From NCBI GenBank assembly GCA_029558735.1, contig JAKQDP010000070.1, positions 42,700-106,699 on the forward strand: 64,000 nt of DNA, read 5' to 3'. The position numbers were made by a program, and so were the translations under genes. The notes beneath the pieces are model-generated. The model saw only the letters and a program-made list of their open reading frames with translations. It did not search any database and was not told where the DNA came from. Positions 29,704-38,752 of the stretch are shown here, piece by piece; positions within the stretch are counted from its first letter, which is position 1; each line of letters begins with the position of its first letter. The DNA comes from a bacterium. GTDB lineage: Bacteria > Patescibacteriota > Patescibacteriia > 2-01-FULL-39-33.

Positions 29704-30900
29704 TTATCGTCTTCTTCTTTTCTGACGGCTGGCGCGATTGCCAAAGCGGTGCGCCTCATCCCTAACCTGGAGCAAAATATTTTTACTGTTGGCAGCCAAG
29801 TCCTTGATGGACTTTTTGGTTTGCGGCGGAAACACCAGCTTATCCCCGCCGAATTTGGAAAGACCGATAATCGGGGTGGCAATATTGGATTTTCGCAAAA
29901 TCTTGAAAGCATAATCCACTTGAGGCTTGCCGCCATCTATCAGAATCAGATCGGGTAATGGCCACTCCAGATGCCTAAACCGCCTCAACAATGTTTCCGC
30001 CAAGGCCGCCAAATCATCGCCGGGCAAAGCCTCTCTAATACTAAAAAGACGGTATTGGCTTTTGTCCGGCCGACCATCTCTAAATACCGACATCGCTCCG
30101 TAAGTCTCCCGCCCGGACCAATGGGAAATATCATAGCCCTCTATTCTATTGATGGCTTGGGTGGAAGTTATTTCGTCCCTGGTTATCAAAGTGACATCTT
30201 GAATATGCTTCAGGGCCGCCAGTTTGTCCGGGTTTTCTTTTTTTAGTTTATTGACCAGCCTCGTCTTCTGTCCGCCTAAAAGCAAACTGATATTTTTAAT
30301 ATTTTTTTGATAATCCTCACAGCTAATAGCGCCGATGCAGCTGCCCGGACATAAGCCGATTTGCTGATCAAAACAGGGCCGTCCTTGATTGGGCCGGCAA
30401 GTGCTGTAAGGAAATATCCGTCTGATCACTTTAAGCGCATTATTGATCAAGCTAGCGCTTTGATACGGGCCGAATATTCTATTTTTGTTGGCGGGAAATT
30501 TTTTCAATTCCCGCTCCCGGACTATCATCGGCCGGGGATAAGCACCGGCCGTCAGCACAATATAAACAAACGACCGATTATCTTTGTCTTTAACATTGTA
30601 TTTGGGCCAATATTTTTTAATCAGTTTGGCCTCCAAAACAACCGAATCCAAAATATTTTCAGTTGGCTGATACTTAATACTCTTCGCCTGATTGACCATC
30701 TCGGCAATGCGCGGGTCAATGTCTTTCCGGAAATACTGCGCTATCCGTTTTTTCAAGCTGGTGGCTCTGCCAATATAAAGCACCTCGTTATTTTTGCCCA
30801 ACCAAAAATAAACACCGGGCGCGTCTGGAAATTTTTTCGTTTTATTCAATATTTTATCTGTCATAGGATTTAAACCAATCATTCTTAGCACATTTGCCAT
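29704..30900 (-). CDS. uvrC: Excinuclease ABC subunit C (short form, 398 aa)
   Basis: N-terminal GIY-YIG (PGVYFWLGKNNEVLYIGRATSLKKRIAQYF), a UvrBC-interaction region, and RDEAHRFGNRASR at the C-terminus. No HhH tail. Confidence 0.75.
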   Translation of the reverse strand: MANVLRMIGLNPMTDKILNKTKKFPDAPGVYFWLGKNNEVLYIGRATSLKKRIAQYFRKDIDPRIAEMVNQAKSIKYQPTENILDSVVLEAKLIKKYWPKYNVKDKDNRSFVYIVLTAGAYPRPMIVRERELKKFPANKNRIFGPYQSASLINNALKVIRRIFPYSTCRPNQGRPCFDQQIGLCPGSCIGAISCEDYQKNIKNISLLLGGQKTRLVNKLKKENPDKLAALKHIQDVTLITRDEITSTQAINRIEGYDISHWSGRETYGAMSVFRDGRPDKSQYRLFSIREALPGDDLAALAETLLRRFRHLEWPLPDLILIDGGKPQVDYAFKILRKSNIATPIIGLSKFGGDKLVFPPQTKKSIKDLAANSKNILLQVRDEAHRFGNRASRQKRRRR

Positions 30901-30923
30901 AGACGGAGAATACCCGTCTCTAT
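30899..30923. repeat. REP-like imperfect palindrome immediately downstream of the RAYT gene
   Basis: atagacgg-agaatac-ccgtctctat. Shares the core TAGAGACGG with the palindrome inside the gene. Confidence 0.35.
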
Positions 30924-30931
30924 ATTTTAAT

Positions 30932-31447
30932 TTATTTGATATTAATCGGATTGTTTTTGTCTTTATCCCACATCCTTGGATTATATTTTATATAATACCT
31001 GATTTTGTCCAAAGATTCAGCATTGGTTCTTATAACATGGTCATAAAACCTGGATTGCCAAGAAAAATTTTTATGGCCGGCAAGATGAATTTTCCTAGTA
31101 CAAGCTGATTTAAATGATCCAACAATATTGGATAATGAACTGGTTTTGCCTTGTTCCGTAGAGACGGGGCATGCCCCGTCTCTACCCGCATTATCAGAAT
31201 TATTATTAATTTCAATTATAAAATGAATATGATTTGGCATCACAATGAATTCATCCAAAACACAATCAGAATAATGTTTTGAGAGTTCTTGCCAATATTT
31301 GTAACAAATACAACCTAATTTATTCAATCCCATTATCCCATTTTTCACCCTGCCCAAACAGCATTTTCTGTCTTTGACGCATATGGTAATAAAATACAAA
31401 CCCGGACTGGAATAATCATAAACATGCCACCGCGCTGAATTGACCAA
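30932..31447 (-). CDS. REP-associated tyrosine transposase (RAYT / TnpA_REP, IS200-IS605-like Y1 HuH transposase)
   Basis: HuH motif MPNHIHFII. SACT...RFYDHVIR...IRYYIKYNP matches the E. coli RAYT architecture (HAC...RFWEHAIR...YIYINP), including the catalytic Tyr region. 171 aa. Confidence 0.7.
   Translation of the reverse strand: MVNSARWHVYDYSSPGLYFITICVKDRKCCLGRVKNGIMGLNKLGCICYKYWQELSKHYSDCVLDEFIVMPNHIHFIIEINNNSDNAGRDGACPVSTEQGKTSSLSNIVGSFKSACTRKIHLAGHKNFSWQSRFYDHVIRTNAESLDKIRYYIKYNPRMWDKDKNNPINIK
31158..31185. repeat. Perfect 28-bp palindrome embedded in-frame in the RAYT gene
   Basis: gtagagacggggcatgccccgtctctac is its own reverse complement and encodes GRDGACPVS. Confidence 0.6.
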
Positions 31448-31524
31448 ATACTTATTTTGATAATAATTATTATCAATATTTTATCTAAATTTAGACAAAA
31501 TATATATTTTATGGAAAAATACCC

Positions 31525-31553
31525 TTGACAAAATAAATTAGACGTGATATAAT
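31525..31553 (+). promoter_or_regulatory. Consensus sigma70 promoter (TTGACA-17-TATAAT), divergent from the RAYT gene
   Basis: TTGACA at 31525-31530, 17-nt spacer, TATAAT at 31548-31553. Confidence 0.55.
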
Positions 31554-31756
31554 TGTATGTTGGCCTGTCATAGTGATAGGCCTGAAACTGGGAGGAAAGG
31601 AATGTCCCAGTTTAAAGACTCCATTTAAGGGTGAAAAAAACTCCTGCCGGCATACGGGTCGCCGCGCTGGAGGGGAGAAAACGCTTTATTTGCCAACCGG
31701 ACGCGATTGGCAAAAAAAATAAAGCGTTACGGACTCGAAGTCAGCTGGCGAGTTTG

Positions 31757-31838
31757 CGCAAAGTAGCCGCCACTTAAGTGCCGACGAAAGCGTAACTTCG
31801 CAAAGTAGCCGCCACTAAGTGCCGGCGAAACCCGAGAG
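31757..31838. repeat. Tandem direct repeat, 2 x ~42 nt, each carrying the 10-bp palindrome CACTTAAGTG (second copy CACTAAGTG)
   Basis: cgcaaagtagccgccacttaagtgccgacgaaa repeated 42 nt apart. Confidence 0.55.
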
Positions 31839-31913
31839 GCGTTTGAGATGCCTCTGTCCAGCTGAAACGGGACCTGACCAGTCCCTATAAACCGACTCCC
31901 TCACCCGATAACC

Positions 31914-31952
31914 AGCCCCTTGCCCAAGCGAGATAAGCAAGGGGTTTTTTAT
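31914..31952 (+). terminator. Intrinsic terminator (plus strand only)
   Basis: Hairpin ccccttgc-ccaagcgagataa-gcaagggg followed by tttttt. No U-tract on the minus strand, so it does not serve uvrA. Confidence 0.6.
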
Positions 31953-31963
31953 TTGCAAAAAAA

Positions 31964-34525
31964 CTATAAATATTTTTTAAGGTACTGACCGGTAATGCTT
32001 TTCTCATCCCGAGCGACTTCCTCGGGCAAGCCCTTGGCTATCACTCGACCGCCGCCCGCTCCGCCATCCGGGCCCAAATCAATAAGCCAATCAGCAGATT
32101 TAATAATATGCATATTATGCTCAATTATCGCAATGCTGTTACCCCGCTCAATCAATTTATTCAATACTTCCAACAACAATTGGATATCATAATAATGCAA
32201 GCCGACTGTCGGTTCATCCAAAAGATAGAGAGTCTTTTTGCCCAGAGTATGTGTTAGTTCCCGAGCCAGCTTGATTCTTTGCGCTTCGCCGCCCGATAAC
32301 GTGGTGGCGCTTTGGCCCAACTGCAAATAGCCCAAACCGACCTCCTCTAATACTTTCAATTTGTCGGTAATTTGGTATTGGCCGTCAAAATAATTAAGCG
32401 CCTCATCAATGGTCAATTCCAGCACTTCGGCAATATTTTTATTTTTGTACTTGACCTGCAAAGTTTCTCGATTGAAGCGCCGGCCGTGGCACACTTCGCA
32501 TTCCACATAAACCGGCGGCAAAAAATGCATCTCAATTAGATTAAAGCCAGCGCCGGCGCAGGCCTCGCACCGCCCGCCGGCGCGATTGAAAGAAAAACGC
32601 GATAACGTGTAAGCCCGCTCCCGCGATTGGGGCAACTGGGCGAAAAACTCGCGAATCGGCATAAAGATGCCGGTATAAGTGGCGGGGTTGGAACGCGGGC
32701 TGCGGCCAATCGGCGACTGATCCACTACTACCGCCCGATTAATATACTCACTACCGACAATCTTGCTGACATTTTCCAGCTCCTGTCGATGGCCGCTCTT
32801 GATTTTGACCAAATTGCGATAAAGAACATCATACAATAAAGTTGATTTGCCACTGCCGGACACGCCGGTGACGCAAACCAATTTCCGAAGCGGAATCTCC
32901 ACCTGAATATTTTTCAAATTATTAGCTCTGGCGCCGATAATCTTAATCATTTCGCTATCCTTCATTCGTCGGTGGGGAAAATTGATTTCCTTTTTGCCCC
33001 GCAAATAATCCAGTGTCAATGAATCTGCCGGGCTGTTTTTACTAAGCAATTTGTTGACTTCCCCTTGCGCCACCACTTCCCCACCCTGCCGACCGGCCAA
33101 CGGTCCCAAGTCCACCAAATAATCTGACTCCCTGATCACTCGCTCATCATGCTCGACAATAATCACGCTGTTATTTTGATCCCGAAGCGATTTTAAGGTG
33201 TCAATCAATTTTTCGTTATCCCGCTCGTGGAGACCGATAGTCGGCTCATCAAGAATATAAAGCGTATGCGACAGATGCGAGCCGATTTGCGAGGACAGCC
33301 TGATGCGCTGGGCCTCGCCGCCCGATAATGTCTCGGCTTCGCGGTCCAGCGACAAATAATTCAAGCCGACCTGAAGCAGGAAAAACAGCCGATCGCTCAC
33401 TTCTTGGATGATATCGCCGGCGATTTCCTGATTGCGCTTGCTGATTTTTTTACGGTAATCTTCAAAAAAATCATACAATTTGTCTATCGCTAAGGCGCTG
33501 ATTTGGGCGATATTTTTATCCAGTATCTTGATCGCCAATGTTTCCGGCCGCAACCGCTGGCCGGCGCAGGCCAAACATGGTTTAGTCACTCGCTCATACC
33601 GATTGGCCACCTCCCCCACCTCCCCGTCTTTAACGGCTATTTTCTTTTTTTCCCAGGATTCCAATCGGCCCAAGCCAGAACATTGAGGACAAGCGCCATG
33701 CGGACTGTTAAACGAAAACAACCGCGGTTCAACTTCGGGAAAAGCAAAATTATCATAAGGGCAAGTCCAATTGGCCGACAATAACATTTCTTGCTGGTCC
33801 TGACCGTCGCCAAGCACTACCACCACCAAGCCATTACTGTGTTGCAAGGACGCTTCAATTGCCTCCGCCAGCCGGCTCAGATCATCCGGCATCACCTTAT
33901 CGATCACAATGTCAATATTATGCTTTTTATACCGAGCCAGCTTAATCTGTTCGTGCAGGGAATGGACTTCGCCGTCTATTCTGGCCTCGCCATAACCCAA
34001 GGCCAAATAATCATACAACAACTGATAATATTCACCCTTGCGGTCAATAACTACCGGGGCCAAAATAGTCGCGGCTCTAATCGCCAACTCTTTCATCTTA
34101 TCGTTGACAATATCCACCATCTCATCCAAGGCAAGCTTCTTAATTTTGCGGCCGCATTGAGGACAAAACACCTCCCCCACTCGGGCATACAGCACTCGCA
34201 GATAATCGTATATCTCGGTCAAAGTGCCGACTGTCGAACGCGGATTGTGCGACAGGGCTTTCTGGTCAATAGCAATGGACGGCGCCAAACCGACAATTTC
34301 ATCCACGTCCGCCGGCTTCATTTGACCCAAAAATTGCCGGGCATACGGCGACAAGGACTCAATATAACGCCTTTGGCCCTCGGCAAAAATAGTATCAAAA
34401 GCCAAAGAAGACTTACCGCTGCCGGACAAACCAGTAAACACCACCAGTTTGTTGTGTGGTATTTCCAGATTGACATTTTTTAAATTATGGACCCGTGCTC
34501 CGCGAATAATTATTTTATCTGGCAT
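31964..34525 (-). CDS. uvrA: Excinuclease ABC subunit A
   Basis: Two ABC ATPase halves ([16 protein letters not shown]; [10 protein letters not shown]), zinc-finger Cys clusters and LSGGEAQR signatures. 853 aa. Confidence 0.9.
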   Translation of the reverse strand: MPDKIIIRGARVHNLKNVNLEIPHNKLVVFTGLSGSGKSSLAFDTIFAEGQRRYIESLSPYARQFLGQMKPADVDEIVGLAPSIAIDQKALSHNPRSTVGTLTEIYDYLRVLYARVGEVFCPQCGRKIKKLALDEMVDIVNDKMKELAIRAATILAPVVIDRKGEYYQLLYDYLALGYGEARIDGEVHSLHEQIKLARYKKHNIDIVIDKVMPDDLSRLAEAIEASLQHSNGLVVVVLGDGQDQQEMLLSANWTCPYDNFAFPEVEPRLFSFNSPHGACPQCSGLGRLESWEKKKIAVKDGEVGEVANRYERVTKPCLACAGQRLRPETLAIKILDKNIAQISALAIDKLYDFFEDYRKKISKRNQEIAGDIIQEVSDRLFFLLQVGLNYLSLDREAETLSGGEAQRIRLSSQIGSHLSHTLYILDEPTIGLHERDNEKLIDTLKSLRDQNNSVIIVEHDERVIRESDYLVDLGPLAGRQGGEVVAQGEVNKLLSKNSPADSLTLDYLRGKKEINFPHRRMKDSEMIKIIGARANNLKNIQVEIPLRKLVCVTGVSGSGKSTLLYDVLYRNLVKIKSGHRQELENVSKIVGSEYINRAVVVDQSPIGRSPRSNPATYTGIFMPIREFFAQLPQSRERAYTLSRFSFNRAGGRCEACAGAGFNLIEMHFLPPVYVECEVCHGRRFNRETLQVKYKNKNIAEVLELTIDEALNYFDGQYQITDKLKVLEEVGLGYLQLGQSATTLSGGEAQRIKLARELTHTLGKKTLYLLDEPTVGLHYYDIQLLLEVLNKLIERGNSIAIIEHNMHIIKSADWLIDLGPDGGAGGGRVIAKGLPEEVARDEKSITGQYLKKYL

Positions 34526-34705
34526 AAAGTTTTTGTTTTTAAAAATATTTTAACTGACTAATTATTGTCTATTGCTGTTTTTAAGTCTTGTTCTTGAGCG
34601 ACTAAATCCGATCAGACCAACGCCAGTTTGACAAACACACTCTTTCCCTGCTAATCTTAGTTAGTTGTTTTATTGTTTCCCCCCAACAAAAGGAAGGTAA
34701 CATCA

Positions 34706-34879
34706 ATGGAAACCGGTGAACAGCTGTTATTGCCTTTGGTTGAGACGACCGTAATCGCCGAGAACCCCAATCAACTGACATTGTTCTTTGAGACCCCCTG
34801 CCAGTGTCGGCCGGGCCAAGCCTGTTCCACTGGTCATACTTATCAAGAGTGCGACCAGGACTGCGGCCTGGGAGCATAA
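34706..34879 (+). CDS. Candidate small Cys-rich peptide, 57 aa (METGEQLLLPLVETTVIAENPNQLTLFFETPCQCRPGQACSTGHTYQECDQDCGLGA)
   Basis: Strong RBS (aaAGGAAGGtaacatcaATG) and a terminator hairpin at 34893-34924. Sits between uvrA and uvrB on the opposite strand, with an acidic N-terminal half and six Cys in the C-terminal 26 aa. An alternative 91-aa ORF on the other strand lacks such signals. Confidence 0.35.
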   Translation: METGEQLLLPLVETTVIAENPNQLTLFFETPCQCRPGQACSTGHTYQECDQDCGLGA

Positions 34880-34892
34880 GACGCCTCTTGAT

Positions 34893-34924
34893 CGGCGACG
34901 GCCTAACAGCTGTCGCTTTTTTTA
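34893..34924 (+). terminator. Intrinsic terminator following the small Cys-rich ORF
   Basis: gcgacgg-cctaaca-gctgtcgc followed by ttttttt. Confidence 0.4.
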
Positions 34925-36808
34925 TTTGGAATTTTTTGGAGACCGAAAAGTCGCTTTGGTTTTTTCGCCTGGCTCTTTTTCAATGTCCAAAAAATCTTCA
35001 ATGTCTTTTTTAATTGTCTGCGGCGTAATGCCGTGTTTTTTATTGTATTCCCTCTGCCGTATCCGCCGCCGCTCCACTTCTTTGAGCGCCCGCTTCATTG
35101 AGCCGGTGATATTATCAGCGTACAAAATCACCTGACCGGTCACATTCCTGGCCGCCCGACCCATGGTCTGCATCAGAGATGTCTCACTGCGCAAAAATCC
35201 TTCCCGGTCCGCGTCCAATATAACCACCAAAGTCACCTCCGGCAAATCCAGACCCTCCCTAAGCAAATTAACGCCGATTAAAATATCAAACCGACCCTTC
35301 CTAAAATTCATCAATATCTCGGTACGCTGAATAGTTTTAATATCGCTGTGAATGTAATCGACTTTGAAGCCTTTTTTGCGCAAATAGCTGTCCAGATCCT
35401 CGGCCATTTTTTTGGTCAAAGTATTGACAATCGCCCTTTCCTTTTTTTCCGCTATTACTGTTAATTCCTTGATTAAATCATCAATTTGGCTGTAATTATT
35501 TTTTTGGTCAAACACCGGCCGGACTGTTACCGGCGGATCAATCAACCCGGTCGGCCGAATCACCTGCTCAACAACTTGCCGAGACATTGCCATTTCCCAT
35601 TTGCCCGGCGTCGCAGTGGTAAAAATCACCTGGCCGATTCGATCCTGAAACTCCTGAAAATTAAGGGGTCGATTGTCAATAGCCGAGGGCAGACGCCAAC
35701 CATATTGGACCAAAATTTTCTTGCGCGCCTGATCGCCCTCATACATCCCCCGAATTTGGGGCACGGCAACATGCGACTCGTCAATAATAGTCAAAAAATC
35801 CGACCGGCCGGCCTGGTCTTTCGGAAAATAAGCCAATAAACTGTCTGGCGCCTCACCTGGCAATTTGCCTACCAAGTGGCGAGAATAATTTTCAATGCCA
35901 TGGCAATAACCCAAGGACAACAACATCTCAATATCATATCTAGTCCGTCGTTCCAGCCGTTCCGCCTCCAAATAAAATCCCTTGGACTGAAAATATTTCA
36001 GCCGATCCTTCAGTTCCGTCTTAATGCTTTTGACTGCTTCCTTGATTTCCGGCATCGAAGAAACAAAATGTTTGGGAGGAAAAATAATTATTTCTGTCAA
36101 TGACTCTTTTATTTTTCTGGTCAACTGATCAACTATGGCCAAACCGGAAACTTGCTGCTCCGACAGCTCTAGCCGATAAATGATATTTTCCGCCGCCGGC
36201 ATAATTTCAAACACATCGCCCCGGACCCGAAATGATCCCCGCTTCAACTCGCCCGGCGTCCGTTCAAACTGAATTCTGACCAATTGCTTGATTAAATCTT
36301 GCCGGACAATCGTCTGACCGATTTTCAGATGCAACCGGGCAGCGGTATAGCTGGCCGGCAAGCCCAAATTGTAAATACAGGACACCGAAGCGACAATAAT
36401 CACATCGCGACGACTAGCCAAAGCGCTAGTCGCCTGATGTCGCAACCGATCAATTTCATCATTGATCATTGCTTCTTTTTCTATATAGGTGTCAGTGGAG
36501 GGCAGATAGGCTTCCGGTTGATAATAATCATAATAAGACACGAAATAGTTAACGCTATTTTGGGGGAAAAAATTCTTGTATTCACGATACAGCTGAGCAG
36601 CCAAAGCCTTGTTGGGCGCCACGACCAAAACCGGCCGATTAATCTTTTCGATAATATTGGCCATCGTAAAAGTCTTGCCCGAACCAGTCACACCGACTAA
36701 TGTCTGGTACTGGTCGCCCCGACTCAAACCGGCAGATAATTTGGCAATTGCCTGCGGCTGATCGCCGGCCGGAGCAAATTTTGATTGTAAGTGGAATAAT
36801 TTAGACAT
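34922..36808 (-). CDS. uvrB: Excinuclease ABC subunit B
   Basis: N-terminal QPQAI, helicase motifs GVTGSGKTFTMANI, a beta-hairpin region and a C-terminal UvrB/UvrC interaction domain. 628 aa. Confidence 0.9.
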   Translation of the reverse strand: MSKLFHLQSKFAPAGDQPQAIAKLSAGLSRGDQYQTLVGVTGSGKTFTMANIIEKINRPVLVVAPNKALAAQLYREYKNFFPQNSVNYFVSYYDYYQPEAYLPSTDTYIEKEAMINDEIDRLRHQATSALASRRDVIIVASVSCIYNLGLPASYTAARLHLKIGQTIVRQDLIKQLVRIQFERTPGELKRGSFRVRGDVFEIMPAAENIIYRLELSEQQVSGLAIVDQLTRKIKESLTEIIIFPPKHFVSSMPEIKEAVKSIKTELKDRLKYFQSKGFYLEAERLERRTRYDIEMLLSLGYCHGIENYSRHLVGKLPGEAPDSLLAYFPKDQAGRSDFLTIIDESHVAVPQIRGMYEGDQARKKILVQYGWRLPSAIDNRPLNFQEFQDRIGQVIFTTATPGKWEMAMSRQVVEQVIRPTGLIDPPVTVRPVFDQKNNYSQIDDLIKELTVIAEKKERAIVNTLTKKMAEDLDSYLRKKGFKVDYIHSDIKTIQRTEILMNFRKGRFDILIGVNLLREGLDLPEVTLVVILDADREGFLRSETSLMQTMGRAARNVTGQVILYADNITGSMKRALKEVERRRIRQREYNKKHGITPQTIKKDIEDFLDIEKEPGEKTKATFRSPKNSK

Positions 36809-36839
36809 GGCAAAATTGCTATATTGTTATATTGTTTTT

Positions 36840-36863
36840 ATGTATATACATATCTATATACAT
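36840..36863. promoter_or_regulatory. Candidate operator upstream of uvrB: perfect 12-bp palindrome ATGTATATACAT followed by a near-copy ATCTATATACAT
   Basis: Located 32-55 nt upstream of the uvrB start codon, within its promoter region. Confidence 0.3.
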
Positions 36864-37148
36864 AATAAAATATAAATTGCAAATCACGGCTGCCTGCCAA
36901 TAAACAGGGATGATGAATAAATCTTCAAAAGTTTAGCAACCAATTTTAAATTATAAGTTTCAAATTTCAATTTAATTTTAAATAATAAAATATCAAATAA
37001 TCGACATCCATCTTCGGTAAAAAAATGAAATTTTAGATTAAATTTTAAAACTTGAAATTTGAAATTTTGGATTTAATATTTTAAACAAAATACCCAAATT
37101 CACCCCCGATCCATCCACTCTGGGGGGTTGAAAAAATTATTAGTTGGG

Positions 37149-37222
<74 letters not shown>

Positions 37223-37274
37223 CTACACCGACGATGAACATACCAGTGAACATACCAAAAAAATAAAGCTCCTG

Positions 37275-37348
37275 TGGACTCGAGGGGAGTCGAACCCCTG
37301 GCCTCGGCAATGCGAATGCCGCGCTCTAGCCAACTGAGCTACGAGCCC
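37275..37348 (-). tRNA. tRNA-Ala (anticodon CGC)
   Basis: Acceptor GGGCTCG/CGAGTCC with the G3:U70 Ala identity pair. Anticodon loop TTCGCAT. T-arm AGGGG-TTCGACT-CCCCT. Confidence 0.8.
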
Positions 37349-37680
37349 TAACGATTGTCGCCGCTGCCGCCCAGTTTACCCCTTTCTTGGCGAGAAGTCA
37401 ACTTAGCCAGATTATACTGCGCCACTTGTTCCAATTCCAAACCCAACTCCGCCGCTAGCCGCGCTACATACCACAATACATCACCCAATTCTTTCATTAA
37501 TTCTTGTTTTTTCTCCGCCGACAATTGACCATTATCATCCCGGAGCACTTTTTTAATTTTTTCCGCCACCTCGCCGGCTTCGCCCACTAAGCCCAAGGTG
37601 GGATAAACAAAATTATTGCCCAAATTGGGATAAACCGCAGTTTGAGCCGCCGCTTGCTGATAGGAATTAAAATTCAACAT
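37348..37680 (-). CDS. MazG-like nucleoside triphosphate pyrophosphohydrolase (small all-alpha NTP-PPase)
   Basis: EAGEVAEKIKK...ELGDVLWYVARLAAELGLELE motif pattern. 110 aa. Confidence 0.65.
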   Translation of the reverse strand: MLNFNSYQQAAAQTAVYPNLGNNFVYPTLGLVGEAGEVAEKIKKVLRDDNGQLSAEKKQELMKELGDVLWYVARLAAELGLELEQVAQYNLAKLTSRQERGKLGGSGDNR

Positions 37681-37695
37681 TAATTTAATAATAAT

Positions 37696-38745
37696 TTATA
37701 AAATAATTGAGGCGATTAACAAATAAACAAACACACTGGCAACGTCTTGGACGATAGTGGCGATTGGACCGCTGGCATTGGCTGGATCATATTTCAACCG
37801 ACTGAAAATATAAGGAATCAATAAACCGGCAAAAATCGACGAGCTAATGGTGACAAAAATCGCCAACGCTAAAACCGTGCTTAAAACCATCTCGCGATAA
37901 ACAAAAAAACTGCCAGCCCAAATCAATCCGGCGCTCGTCACCGCAATTAATAACAATACTGCCAATTGCTTGACGAAATAAGACCGCCAATCAATTTTAC
38001 GATTCCAAGCAAAATCTCGAATAACAAACGCCTGCATTTGCGTAACAGTGGCGCCGCTCATATACACCACCACTGGAATAAACGAAGCCAAAAGAATATG
38101 TCTTTCCAAAACGAATTCAAACTTATCCACTACAAACGAAGCGAAGAGTCCGCCCAGCAGGCCAATCACCAGCCAGGGCAACCGATTTTTCAAAGCGCTG
38201 CCAATTGAGCCCTTAAAAGCAATGTCCAGATTGGCCGCCTGCCGATTAATGCCGGCCAATTTCAGCATATCAACGCTGACTTCGCGGTAGAGAATCCGCA
38301 AAATATCGTCATTCAAAACCGCCCCCAAAAAATAACCGTTCTTATCGACGACCGGCACCGCTTTGAGATTTCTTTTTAAAGCGATTAATGCCGCCTCTTC
38401 CTGACTGTCGTCCGGCTGCAAGCTGAAAATATTCTTAATCATCACCCGGGCGACAAGCGTTCCTTTTTGGCGGCGAAAAATCTCTTTAATGGAAATGACT
38501 CCCACCAACATTTTTTCCTGATTAACCACATAGACATAATTAATTGAATCGAAAAACCGCGTTTTTTTAAGCAAAATTTTTTCGATTTCGCCAATCGTGG
38601 CGCGAGCCGACACGACTGGCACTCTACTGGTCATAATTTGAACGACCGGCTGAGGGGGGTGGGTGGTTATTCTTATTCTAGCCATATAATTTATTATATC
38701 ATAAAAAAAATATCGCTGTTGAAAGCGATATGATTTTCTTGACAA
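37696..38745 (-). CDS. MgtE-like divalent cation transporter (CBS pair + C-terminal TM domain); start probably at MARIRI (~38686)
   Basis: Tandem CBS domains followed by ~5 TM helices. There is no long N-terminal MgtE_N domain. Confidence 0.55.
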   Translation of the reverse strand: MSRKSYRFQQRYFFYDIINYMARIRITTHPPQPVVQIMTSRVPVVSARATIGEIEKILLKKTRFFDSINYVYVVNQEKMLVGVISIKEIFRRQKGTLVARVMIKNIFSLQPDDSQEEAALIALKRNLKAVPVVDKNGYFLGAVLNDDILRILYREVSVDMLKLAGINRQAANLDIAFKGSIGSALKNRLPWLVIGLLGGLFASFVVDKFEFVLERHILLASFIPVVVYMSGATVTQMQAFVIRDFAWNRKIDWRSYFVKQLAVLLLIAVTSAGLIWAGSFFVYREMVLSTVLALAIFVTISSSIFAGLLIPYIFSRLKYDPANASGPIATIVQDVASVFVYLLIASIIL

Positions 38746-38752
38746 CTAAAAA

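Larger units (their letters stand above)
31560..31952 (+). ncRNA. Candidate ~390-nt structured non-coding RNA of unknown class
   Basis: Bounded by a consensus promoter and a plus-strand-only intrinsic terminator, and antisense to both neighbours. No ORF longer than ~8 codons. Multiple hairpins: ggcctgtcatagtgataggcc; ctggga-ggaaaggaatgt-cccag; aacgctttatt...aataaagcgtt enclosing tgccaa...ttggca. Contains the tandem 42-nt repeat. Confidence 0.4.

Noticed and set aside
29694-29936. N-terminal 81-aa extension of the truB ORF
   Set aside because: Would overlap the uvrC 3' end. The TruB catalytic motif aligns to position ~45 only if translation starts at MNIAYKNIF (29693).
31540-31960. tmRNA (ssrA) as the identity of the ~390-nt candidate ncRNA
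   Set aside because: No tRNA-like domain (no GGTTCGAnTCC T-arm, no acceptor pairing between 5' and 3' ends). No tag-peptide frame ending in a hydrophobic ALAA-like tail; the frames through the repeat end in ...SSRH* or ...KVAAT*.
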